Of a stretch of 64,000 nucleotides of DNA, positions 1 to 11,230 are shown in pieces (position 1 is the stretch's first letter; each line of letters begins with the position of its first letter). Origin of the DNA: Massalongia carnosa (lineage: Eukaryota); NCBI GenBank assembly GCA_965645245.1, contig OZ287067.1, positions 1,798,001-1,862,000 on the forward strand, in the 5' to 3' direction. The notes under the pieces are model-generated. The model did not search any database. It was given only the letters and a program-made list of their open reading frames with translations, and was not told the origin of the DNA. The translations under genes and the position numbers were made by a program.

Positions 1-1605
1 AATACGCAATTCGATTATTGAAGATTGCCGAAAATAACCCTATTTGTCAAAGAATTCCAAATACATATTCGATAAAATTCGAAAACATCGGTTTTGACAC
101 TAGTTTATGGAACAACAAATATGCCGAATGGAACGAAGACGAAAAACAAACAAATAAACGACATCCTAGTCAGCTCATTCGCGTTCTTCATTCCGTTTCC
201 GACATAGTTCACAAAACTGATGAGATTGAACAATCAAATCATTTTATTAAACCATGGAAATCGCCGTGCAAAATCGAATTTCAAATCGAAAATACAAAGG
301 AATCTGCTAAATCAAGTTATTATTCGACCTTATCCAAAATTCAATCAATGAACTCCGATAAATCCCGAGTTTTACTTTATACGGATGGATCAAAAATCGA
401 ATTTGCAACGTCTGCAGTCACATTTGCGCCAATTATGAGGAATTGGAGTAGTATTATCAATAATTTTGATCGATTTATCGAAAAAGATTGTCTGATCAAG
501 TATCATACGATTTCGAAAAGCTGGAAATTAAGCAAACAGTCAAGCATTAAAAATGCTGAACTGCATGCAATTTTACAAGCAATGAAATGGGTCTATAAAT
601 TGTCTAATACTAATATTTTATCGAACTTGGAAAAAACGATTTGGATTTTTTCTGATAGTATAAACGCGATAAACGAAATTCAGAACTTGAAAAATCATAT
701 TTTCGCAAGACAAATTCGAAAGCTCGCAAAACGCTTATTTGAAAGCAATTATCAGGTGATTTTGCAATGGGTTCCGAGTCATTTGAATATTACCGAAAAC
801 GAAATTGCAGACAAAATAGCAAAGACGGCCCATAATCAAATCCTAGTCGAGTCCTCGGCTATAACATTTGATTATGTAAAAGATCAAATAAATCAAAATA
901 TGCTAACCACATGGACGAATCAATGGCAACAATGCAAATCAAAAGGCAAATACTACGAGAAATTCGAAATGAAACCTGGCATATCGAGATTTTATTATTT
1001 ATCAAACAACTGTTCCAAATTGATATTTGCCACTATTATGCAATTAAAATTCGGACACGGCTATTTTCGATCATATTTACATCGGTTGAAAGATTATAAT
1101 TCGTCAAAATGCTCAAATCGATGCAATCAACGACAAACGCCAGAACACTTGTTATTGAATTGCATTCACTATTTCGATGAAATTCAAAACATGAAACAAA
1201 CCATCGATACTACGATCAACTTGAATATGTTGTTTAATACAAAAATCGGAAATGACATTTTGATTAAATTCATTGTCAATAACAAAATCGCGACTAGAAA
1301 ATGGATACTAGGTCAGCTTGATGACGATATTTTCGAAACTGGAGGTTGGGGAGAGATCGAACAGTAAAATCAGAAACGATTTATGCTGAAACAGTTACGA
1401 ACTTACAAAGATAAATTGTAAAATCGATAATTTTCGATTACTATAGGTTGTTACTAACACGGAGTAAAAATGGGGAAAAATTGACAATACATAGATGGGT
1501 TATAAAGGGTTGATTTATTTGTAATATAGAAACATATCCTAAAATAGTTTAGTGTCATAACCTTAGGTTGAATACACTTAATGAATAAATAAAAAAAAAA
1601 AAAAA
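1..1605 (+). mobile_element. LINE-A (Tad-like non-LTR retrotransposon, subtype A1) copy 1, 3' portion with 3' UTR and poly(A) tail
   Basis: RNase H-containing ORF, 3' UTR shared with the other copies, ending AATGAATAAAT plus A15 at 1591-1605. The 5' part lies outside the window. Confidence 0.92.
18..1367 (+). CDS. LINE-A ORF2 C-terminal part: RNase H and terminal zinc-finger-like motif (partial, frame open to the window edge)
   Basis: YTDGS...NAELHAI...IFSDS...LQWVPSH...NEIADKIAK RNase H motifs; CSNRC...TPEHLLLNC. Confidence 0.9.
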   Translation: MKIAENNPICQRIPNTYSIKFENIGFDTSLWNNKYAEWNEDEKQTNKRHPSQLIRVLHSVSDIVHKTDEIEQSNHFIKPWKSPCKIEFQIENTKESAKSSYYSTLSKIQSMNSDKSRVLLYTDGSKIEFATSAVTFAPIMRNWSSIINNFDRFIEKDCLIKYHTISKSWKLSKQSSIKNAELHAILQAMKWVYKLSNTNILSNLEKTIWIFSDSINAINEIQNLKNHIFARQIRKLAKRLFESNYQVILQWVPSHLNITENEIADKIAKTAHNQILVESSAITFDYVKDQINQNMLTTWTNQWQQCKSKGKYYEKFEMKPGISRFYYLSNNCSKLIFATIMQLKFGHGYFRSYLHRLKDYNSSKCSNRCNQRQTPEHLLLNCIHYFDEIQNMKQTIDTTINLNMLFNTKIGNDILIKFIVNNKIATRKWILGQLDDDIFETGGWGEIEQ

Positions 1606-4052
1606 CAGACTATTCGCTACCAAAATCATATCGAATTATCACATTACTAAATTGTCTTGGTAAAATTGCTGAGAAAATCGTTGCAAATCGACTAGCCTAC
1701 TTCGGCGAAACTTCGAATTTACTAGATATCGAACAGATGGGCGGACGCAAAAATCATTCTGCAATTGACGCAGTAATGAACGTCGTTCATGATATCGAAA
1801 TTGCGAATCGAAATAAAAGCGTTTTATCCTGTTTATTACTCGATGTCAAAGGCGCATTTGACTTTGTCTCGATTAATCAACTGCTAAATGTCATGAAAAA
1901 GCTGAAATTATCTCGCATAATAATTCAATGGGTCAAGCATTTCATGACAAAACGATCGATAAATTTGATATTCGATGAAAACAAAAGCAAAACATATTAT
2001 GTCGAATCAGGAATTCCACAAGGTTCACCAATCTCGCCTATTCTATTTCTGATTTACATTCGTCACTTGTTTCCGAAAATACGAATGAAATTTAATGCAC
2101 ATTCTCCCAGTTTTATTGACGATGTTGCAATATATGTCGAAAATAAAACTGCAAAACAAAATTGCAAAGAAATCGAAATCATAGTCAAAACAGCTTTTGA
2201 TTGGGCCGCATCGAATAATGTCAAATTTGATGACGATAAATCCGAGCTGATTCACTTCGAAAAGACAAGAAATGTATCGAAAGACACATTGGAATTACCA
2301 AACGGGACAATACTAGAACCGAAAAATGTAGACAAATGGTTGGGCGTCTGGTTAGACCGGAAACTGAATTTCAAAAAACACGTCGAAACGCGAATCTCTT
2401 CTGCGAATCGATCGTTTTTTGCAATTCAGAATTTGATGAAATCCGAATGGGGTCTGAAACCGACCGCATGCAGACAGCTCTATTTGTCATGCATTATTCC
2501 TATTTCGGACTATGGCTCAGAAATTTGGTAAAATGGTCAAAAGAAATATGAAAAACTATTTCAGAACCTACAAAATCGAATGATTCGAAAGATTTTAGGA
2601 ACTTTCAAAACCACACCTATTCAGGCGATGGAAATTGAATCACATGTTTTACCAGTAAAACTTCGATTATTAATGAAAAATCAAAAATACGCAATTCGAT
2701 TATTGAAGATTGCCGAAAATAACCCTACTTGTCAAAGAATTCCAAATACATATTCGATAAAATTCGAAAACATCGGTTTTGACACTAGTTTATGGAACAA
2801 CAAATATGCCGAATGGAACGAAGACGAAAAACAAACAAATAAACGACATCCTAGTCAGCTAATTCGCGTTCTTCATTCCGTTTCCGACATAGTTCACAAA
2901 ACTGATGAGTTTGAACAATCAAATCATTTTATTAAACCTTGGAAATCGCCTTGCAAAATCGAATTTCAAATCGAAAATACAAAGGAATCTGCTTAATCAA
3001 GTTATTATTCGACCTTATCCAAAATTCAATCAATGAACTCCGATAAATCCCGAGTTTTACTTTATACGGATGGATCAAAAATCGAATTTGCAACGTCTGC
3101 AGTCACATTTGCGCCAATTATGAGGAATTGGAGTAGTATTATCAATAATTTTGATCGATTTATCGAAAAAGATTGTCTGATCAAGTATCATACGATTTCG
3201 AAAAGCTGGAAATTAAGCAAACAGTCAAGCATTAAAAATGCTGAACTGCATGCAATTTTGCAAGCAATGAAATGGGTCTATGAATTGTCTAATACTAATA
3301 TTTTATCGAACTTGGAAAAAACGATTTGGATTTTTTCTGATAGTATAAACGCGATAAACGAAATTCATAACTCGACAAATCATATTTTCGCAAGACAAAT
3401 TCGAAAGCTCGCAAAACGCTTATTTGAAAGCAATTATCAGGTGATTTTGCAATGGGTTCCGAGTCATTCGAATATTACCGAAAACGAAATTGAAGACAAA
3501 ATAGCAAAGACGGGCCATAATCAAATCCTAGTCGAGTCCTCGGCTATAACATTTGATTATGTAAAAGATCAAATAAATCAAAATATGCTAACCACATGGA
3601 CGAATCAATGGCAACAATGCAAATCAAAAGGCAAATACTACAAGAAATTCGAAATGACACCTGGCATATCGAGATTTTATTATTTATCAAACAACTGTTC
3701 CAAATTGATATTTGCTACTATTATGCAATTAAAATTCGGACACGGCTATTTTCGATCATATTTACAGCGATTGAAAGATTATAATTCGTCGAAATGCACA
3801 AATCGATGCAATCAACGATAAACGCCAGAACACTTGTTATTGAATTGCATTCACTATTTCGATTAAATTCAAAACATGAAACAAAATATCGATACTACGA
3901 TCAACTTGAATATGTTGTTTAATACAAAAATCGGAAATGACATTTTGATTAAATTCATTGTCAATAACAAAATCGCGACAAGAAAATGGATACTAGGTCA
4001 GCTTGATGACGAGATTTTTGAAACTGGAGGTTGGGGATAGATCGAACAGTAA
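1606..4052 (+). pseudogene. LINE-A ORF2 (RT plus RNase H) with premature stops
   Basis: LLLDVKGAFD, GIPQGSPISP and SFIDD RT motifs. In-frame stops end at 2531, 2996 and 3821 where sister copies have sense codons. Confidence 0.9.
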
Positions 4053-4290
4053 AATCAGAAACGATTTATGCTGAAACATTTACGAACTTACAAAGACAAA
4101 TTTTAAAATCGATATTCTTTGATTATTATAGGTTGTTACTAACACGGAGTAAAAATGGGGAAAAATTTCCAATACATAGATGGGTTATAAAGGGTTGATT
4201 TATTTGTAATATAGAAACATATCCTAAAACAGTTTAGTGTCATAACCTTATGTTGAATACACTTAATGAATAAATAAAAAAAAATAAAAA
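1606..4290 (+). mobile_element. LINE-A (A1) copy 2, from mid-RT to poly(A)
   Basis: Begins directly after the poly(A) of copy 1 at 'DYSLPKSYRIITLLN'. Near-identical to copy 1 over the shared 3' region. A-rich tail at 4276-4290. Confidence 0.92.
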
Positions 4291-5510
4291 GATAGTTACG
4301 AAAAAAGTCAAAGTGGTCGCGAGATTTAACCGAACTTCAAAAACCATGTGCAGAAATCGTCGAGAATGGAAGAATTATCCCTCCCGATTTTAGTCATCGG
4401 ACGTTTAAACAGAGTCGATTCGAGTATTTTCATGCATTTCGAAAAGCAAAACAATAAACCTGGTTGACTTTTCTAGAAAATGCAGCAAATAAAGATGTAT
4501 TTACCGCGTATAAATACACTAAACCGCGCATATTCGAAAAAATACCTCCGATTCTACATGAAAACATGCTAAATGTTCAGTTTAATGACAAGTCCGATCC
4601 ATTTTTGTCAGCAATTTACACAAATAACCCATTTATAGACAATAATGTCGAAGATCTGTTAAATCAAGACAGCGAAAATGATGATAATTGGCCTGATTTG
4701 ACCGAAAACGAGTTGAATAATGCGATTAATTTATTTATTACAAATAGAGCATGTGGACCTGATGCAATCAATTTTACAATTGTCAAAAATCGTTTCAATC
4801 GTTGAAAAATGTATTTTTCATTATTTATTCGAAATTTATTCGAATCGGTTATCACCCGTTATACTAGCGGACAGGACTCAGTGCAGTTCTGAAAAAACCT
4901 AATAAATCCGACTATTCGCTACCAAAATCGTATCGAATTATCACATTACTAAATTGTCTTTGTAAAATTTCTGAGAAAATCTTTGCAAATCGATTAGCCT
5001 ACTTCGGCGAAAATTCTAATTTACTAGATATCGAACAGATGTGCGGACGCAAATATTATTCTGCAATTGACGCAGTAATAAACGTTCGAAATTGCAAATC
5101 GAAATAAAAACGTCTTGTCATGTTTTTTACTCGATGTCGAAGGCGCATTTGACTTTCTCTCGATTAATCAACTGCTAAATATCATGAAAAAGCTGAAATT
5201 ATTTCGCCTAATAATTCAATGGGTCAAGCATTTAATGACAAAACGATCGATCAATTTGATATTCGATGAAAAAAAAGTAAAACATATTATGTCGAATCAG
5301 GAATTCCACAAGGCTCACCAATCTCGCCTATTCTATTTCTAATTTACATTCGTCACTTGTTTCCGAAAACACGAATGAAATTCAATGCACATTCTCCTAG
5401 TTTTATTGACGATGTTGCAATATATGTCGAAAATAAAACTGCAAAACAGAATTTCAAAGAAATTGAAATCATAGTCAAAACAGCCTTTGATTGGGACGCA
5501 TCGAATAATG
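4291..5510 (+). mobile_element. LINE-A (A1) copy 3, degraded RT fragment
   Basis: Homologous to the ORF2 region from the end of the endonuclease through RT (ACGPDAI, LLDVEGAFD, SFIDD), with several stops and frameshifts. Breaks at about 5510. Confidence 0.88.
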
Positions 5511-5944
5511 TTAATACTAATAGAATTCTCTAAGTCATGCCTTCGGACGGAGATTAACCTCAAACCTCGGTAGTCAAATTGCCACTATATGGGTGTCACA
5601 TGTGGCATTTTCCTGCAAGCGAAGCCCTAAGTCAAGCTAAACCGTGGGCAATCCCTTACTTTTTTCGTTTTGATTTAGGCTAATTACATATTTTCAATTT
5701 CCCTGCAACAGAATTTCACGAGTTGAACACGAAACACATATGCCAACTACGCGTTAACTACGTTCGAAACACCAAAAAGACACGAAGTACGCGTGATTCA
5801 GTTGAGAAATTCAATCTCCTGGCTACTGCTTTAATTTTATTTGCGCTGGCCGCGAGAGCAATCTCCCAGCCACCAAATTTTGATTGGCCCAATATTCCAG
5901 CTGCTGCTGTGCAAGGCAGACAAAAGACTGTCGAATATGGCCTC

Positions 5945-6214
5945 GTAAAAGGCATAACCAAAGCCAAAATTATTCAGGACATAACCAAAGCCAAATCTAT
6001 TCAAGGCATATCCAAAGCCAAATCTATTCAAGGCACAACCAAAGCAAAAGCTATTCAAGAAATAACCAAAGCCAAATCTATTCGAGGCACAACCAAAGCG
6101 AAATTTATTCAAGGCACAACCAAAGCCAAAGTTATTCAAGGCACAACCAAAGCCAAAGCTATTCAAGGCACAACCAAACCCAAAGCTATTCAAGGCACAA
6201 TCAAGGCCAAAGCT
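5945..6214 (+). repeat. 27-bp minisatellite, about 10 units (consensus ATTCAAGGCACAACCAAAGCCAAAGCT)
   Basis: Directly visible; translates as (IQGTTKAKA)n in one frame. Confidence 0.95.
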
Positions 6215-6453
6215 CATCAAGCTCGAGCGGTACTTCCCCTGAACAACCCAATCGATAGAGGCTGCTAGCAAGATCAAGATAAGGATTTCGTAACCCAAGA
6301 TTCCTAAATAGCGAACTCCTCCAGTCACCCAGGCCAGTCTGAATATGAATCGGACCTAGAAGCCCCAAGCGACTGTGTCCTTTTTGGCCTGATAGTTATA
6401 TCGCCCAAGAGAAGTACCCCCAAAGCAAAGCAAGCATCATCTCGCTGCCCGTG

Positions 6454-9400
6454 ATGATTGACAAAGTCTCCGGCTCCACTTCCCTCTCAATCCTCGAGAA
6501 GATCCCCAAGCTCTCGGATCATGAATAGTACCCGGCATGGAGAAGTTCAATACGGGACAGTTTGAAGATGATCAACCTGTGGACGTGGATAGCAGTCAAA
6601 ACAACCGCGCCCGCGATAGATGCATCTGTAACTGCCACTGAAGCAGCTACCGACGATGTCTCTACCGACGGCGCCTACGCTGCCCTAATAAAGGCGCAAG
6701 CCAGAGCCTTAGAGCAGTACACCGACGGGCACGACGAAGCCTGCACAGAGTTGAGAATAGCATGCGAGGGTAATGCCTACGCGGAAATTGAGGACATGGA
6801 AAACGCCGCAGAAGCCTAGAGCCACCTCGAAAAATCTACAAATCAAAAGGGGCAGGTTTTCTCAACGACACTTTTCGCCAGCTGGACAATCTTGCCCTGG
6901 CCAACTGTAGCGGCTCGGCGGACTACGTCACTCAGTTTCGAGGTATCGTGAACAAGCTCAAATCATTCTCTACCAAGCTGGCTTTGGACGAGAACTACCT
7001 GATCTACCGTTTTCACACCAATCCGGGCCCTGATCACAGCAGCTATTTCGAACGCTATGCCTAAGACCACGACCCGTTTGCTGAGGATGGAACCACCAAG
7101 CATACTCTCAGTCAAGCAATGCAGCACTTCCAAAACACGGTCGCGAACCCAAAGACCGCTGCCGGGGGTGCGATAGTCTCCATGGTCGCACTTCGCCCTA
7201 CCCGTAGACATGGAAATGGTAGCGGCGGCAGAAACAGAACTGGATACGAAAAACAAAATCAGGAATCGGTGCAGCCGACCGCCAATGAGACGGCTGTGAT
7301 CACCAAATCGGTCAAGTACTGCAATCACTGCAAAAGGCCGTATCACACCGAGAAGGAGTATCGAATCAAGCATCCGCACTTGGCAACGCAAGACAGTCAA
7401 CGGTCCAAGACCTGGAAGCGCACCAAAAATGAAGGCGGTAAAAATCCTATAGCCAAGCCCAGCGGCGACAACGACACTGCCAAGCCAGCCTATGTCGCGT
7501 TTATGGTCATGGCTCCCTCTCCTGACGACTCCCAAATCAAATAAATAGCTAAGCTATGGATATGGGACTGAAGCAACAGTCAACACATTTGCCACGACCT
7601 ATCCGCCTTTACCCAGCTAAAAGAAGGGAGCCTCGCGCCAATACAGGGGATCGGGGGTGCATTAACCCCTCGAGGCACCGGTACAGTCTCCCTCTCCTCT
7701 GTGGACGGTCAAGGAAAATACCGCACCTTCCCCCTTTACAACGTCCTGTATATCCCCGAAGGAGGCCTCAACCTGATCTCCCAAGGTCAGCTGCAACGAG
7801 AAGGCTACCTCATGCAAATTGTGCCTCAGGGAATCGAGATCGGCAGCTACGGCATCATGGCACGTCGTCAAGAAAATAACCTGTACATTTTAGATTTGTT
7901 CAACGTTCCACAATCCGCCCTCGCACTTGCTGCTGTCAACAGTGAGGCATTAAAGATGCGGCATGCCCGTCTCGGCCACTTAGGAGAGCAAAACGTGGTC
8001 AAACTCGCCAGCATGTCGCAAGGCATGGACCTTAGCAAGCCGCCTCCCGAAGACTCCTGCGGCCCCTGCGCCGTTGCCCAAATCATAGCGGAACCTCATA
8101 AGGCCCCCATGGAGCCAGCTAAGTAACCACTGGACCTCATCCACAGCGACGTTCAGGGCCCCTTCAAAGAAACAGCCAACGGCGCCAAATACTTGGTTAC
8201 CTTTCACTGTGACTTCGATAGACGGTCTCACGTGTCACTGCTCCGCTCTAAAGATGGGGTGTTTCAAGCTTTCCTCAACTACAAAAAACAAAACGAGTAC
8301 GGAGACAAATGCATAAAACGTTTGAGATCGGACAACGGGGGTGAGTACAACTCCGTTGAATTTGACAGGTTCCGACTCGAAACCGGTATCTGATGGGAGC
8401 CGACTATGCCAGGAAACCCGGAGCAAAACGGCAAAGCAGAGCGCCTGGGTAAAAATTTGCACAAGATGGCTAGCACAATGCGAGTAGACGCGGGGCTAGA
8501 TGAAAAGTGCTGGGCCGAATTGGTACTAATAGCCAATTACCTGCGAAATCGACAACCCACGGCAGGAAGAAACATCACCCCTTACGAATCTCACATAGGC
8601 AGTCCCCCCAAGCTAGGACAATTACGCATTGTAGGGCAAACCGGCTACGCACAAGTGAGAAAGCCTAATACCGGTTGGAAGAAATTCCAGGATCGCGCCA
8701 TCAAGTGCAGATTAGTTGGTTACGAAGGCGATCATATTTATCGAATGGTCACGCCCAAGGGAGTAGTGATAAGGTTCTCCAACTTCAAATAAATAGACAA
8801 CCTTCCCGCGTCGCTGCCTCAGGCCCCTTCAGATCCCCCTTCCCCCGCCCCGCCCCCGCCGCCTCAAATCATCGAAATTGAAGACGACGCTCCCCGTACA
8901 AAAAGGCTTAAGACCTCCCTATCTGATGAGGCCGCCGCTCTCGACTTCCTAGACACTATTGAAGTACCGACCGACGAAGTCCTATCACCCATGCCTACAC
9001 CACTTCCTCCTCCTCCAAAGCCTATCCGGCAAAGAGTCCAATCGGAGGTGCTTGCTAGGCATCCAGAGCTACGAGAATGCTCCCCCGACCCCCTGGCCAT
9101 GCTCGCTCTCCTCGCCCACACCGCAAGCATAGAGCCCTACGAGCCGAAAACCTACAAGCAGGCCGTACGGTGCCGAGATCACCGGGATTGGAGAAAGGGC
9201 ATGCAGGACGAGATCGACTCAGTTAACGCCAATAATAGCTAAAAGCTGGTGTTTATCCCTCCAAACCGACGAGCGCTCCGTGCCAAATGGGTCTACCGCC
9301 TGAAACGTGGAGCCATGGGTGATGTTCTCCGGCACAAGGCACGATGGGTGGTCAGAGGCTTTGAGCAACGAGAGGGCATCGACTTTAACGAAACGTTCGC

Positions 9401-10739
9401 CTCCGTGGTTAAGCCAATGAGCTATAGGGCCCTGTTCGCAATCGCCGCCGCCAACGACTGGGAGATTCACGCCATGGACGTCAAAACGGCTTTCCTCTAT
9501 GGCTGCGTTGAAGAAGATATCTACGTGGAGCAGCCATGATGCTTCGAGGACGGAACCAAACGAGTGTGCAAGCTAAACAAAGCACTCTACGGCCTCAAGC
9601 AGTCCCCACGAATTTGGTACGAGACTTTGACTATCTTCCTGAAGTCAATAGGCTTTCACATGATCAACGCCGACTTCAGCATATTTGCAAAGGAAAGGGT
9701 CATCGTCTCTATTTACGTGGACGATCTAAAGATCACTGGCTCCTCCCCGTCAGAAATCCGATGCATCAAACAGGCCCTCAGCGAACGTTTTCAAATGGTC
9801 GACCTTGGACCTATCAGCTATTATCTGGGAATCTCCATCACTCGGGACCACCCCAACCGAATCCTACGCTTGAGCCAACAAGCATACCTGGAGAAGGTGC
9901 TCCGTGACAACGGTATGTGGGAGACGAATCCAATGGCCAGCCCCGTGGAAGGACGCCTTGAGGCAGCACCAGAAAGCTACCAAGCTACAGAGGACTCACG
10001 CCTGCGGTATCAGTCCGCAGTGGAATCCCTAATGTACGCCATACTTGGGACCAGGCCAGACCTTGCCTACGCTGTCTCGGTGGTCAGCCGTTATTCCTCA
10101 AATCCTACTGAGACGCACTGGAAGGCCGTTAAGCGCATTTTTAGGTACATCCAAGGTACGCTGACCTTACAGCTAACATTTAGAGGTCCCTTGATGCCTT
10201 TAAACGGGTAAACGGATGCAGACTGGGCCGGAGATCACGACACCCGGAGATCCACTTCTGGTTATGTCTTCAACGTCGGCAGTGGTGCCATTAGTAGGTC
10301 TTTAAAACGTCAACCAACGGTAGCACTGTCCTCCTGTGAGGCTGAGTACATGGGCCAGACACAAGCCACCAAGGAAGCTATGTGGCTATCTAGCCTTCTG
10401 GACCAAATCAACCCTCCAGAGGCCCCAGGTACCCACTCCATGCAGCAAATGACTCATAGTGCCAACTTCGCCCTAGCTTGTCTCCCCACCTCGTTTTCTT
10501 TTGTAGCCGTCATCATTCAATGCGACAATCAAGGAGCAGTTACTTTGGCCAAGAATCCCCAGGCCCATGCCCGGAGTAAGCATATCGACATTCAATGGCA
10601 TTAGCAACGGGAGAAAATAGAGGACAAAACGGTGGAATTTCGCTACGTCCCCACTGAGGATCAAGTAGCAGATGGTCTTACCAAGGCCTTATCCAAGGAC
10701 AAGTTCATTGCAATTAGGAATGCATTGGGCCTGGAGTGA
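6454..10739 (+). pseudogene. Copia-1 gag-pol pseudogene
   Basis: IPKL..(Y)PAWR Gag start; CNHC..PYH; HARLGH/CGPC and LRSDNGGEY..PEQNGKAER integrase; [54 protein letters not shown] RNase H. Many stops. Confidence 0.92.
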
Positions 10740-10878
10740 TCAACCTCCAGGTTCACATCACCCGCAGCCTCGCCAACGGCGGTGCAACTCGCCTGCAGCA
10801 CAGCTTGCGGAGTACTCAGCTCATAGTAGTCTCACCTACAGTTGATGTGGGAGTGCTTAACCAGCACCTGAGTGGGAG

Positions 10879-11115
10879 TGTCGAAAGCCGATTAGTCAGT
10901 TGCCTGGTAGCACTACCTGCACTCGATCACGTGACCCTATGTAAATGCAGGGCTAGTAAAGGAGCCTAATAGGCTAGCTCCGAGTAAGCTGCGGGAGCTA
11001 AATCACTAGCTTAGAAGATTAGGGCACCTCAACTGTATATAGAAGGCTTCGCCCACCTAGCTAGAGAATCAAGCAATCTACTACCTATGCTTCGTTTTCC
11101 TATGTGCTTTTGATA
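10879..11115 (+). repeat. Copia-1 3' LTR
   Basis: Starts TGTCGAAA right after the PPT and ends TTTTGATA (degenerate TTTCGACA), where LINE-A sequence resumes. Confidence 0.7.
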
Positions 11116-11230
11116 TATTTATGATGAAATATTTACGAACTTTCAAAGACAAATTGTAAAATCGATTATTTTTCGATTACTAAAGGTTGTTACTAACACG
11201 GAGTAAAAACGGGGCAAAATTTACGATACA
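11116..11230 (+). mobile_element. LINE-A 3' UTR fragment, possibly the remainder of copy 3
   Basis: Matches the 3' UTR at about 1379-1490 (GGTTGTTACTAACACGGAGTAAAAA). Truncated by the opposite-strand copy. Confidence 0.85.

Larger units (their letters stand above)
5511..11115 (+). mobile_element. Ty1/Copia LTR retrotransposon Copia-1, degraded, 5' LTR missing
   Basis: Gag-PR-IN-RT-RH order, polypurine tract (PPT) GAGTGGGAG at 10870-10878, then an LTR-like segment. No second LTR copy upstream; assigning 5511-5944 to the leader is uncertain. Confidence 0.8.

Noticed and set aside
1555..1605. TTAGG in the LINE-A 3' end and head-to-tail arrays suggesting telomere-maintaining retrotransposons
   Set aside because: There are no TTAGGG tracts, insertions are internal with a TSD, and polarity switches within the window. 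A subtelomeric location cannot be excluded from this window alone.
5837..6328. Repetitive ORFs on other frames (FGFGCALN and SRHNQSQ repeats)
   Set aside because: By-products of a stop-free 27-bp minisatellite.
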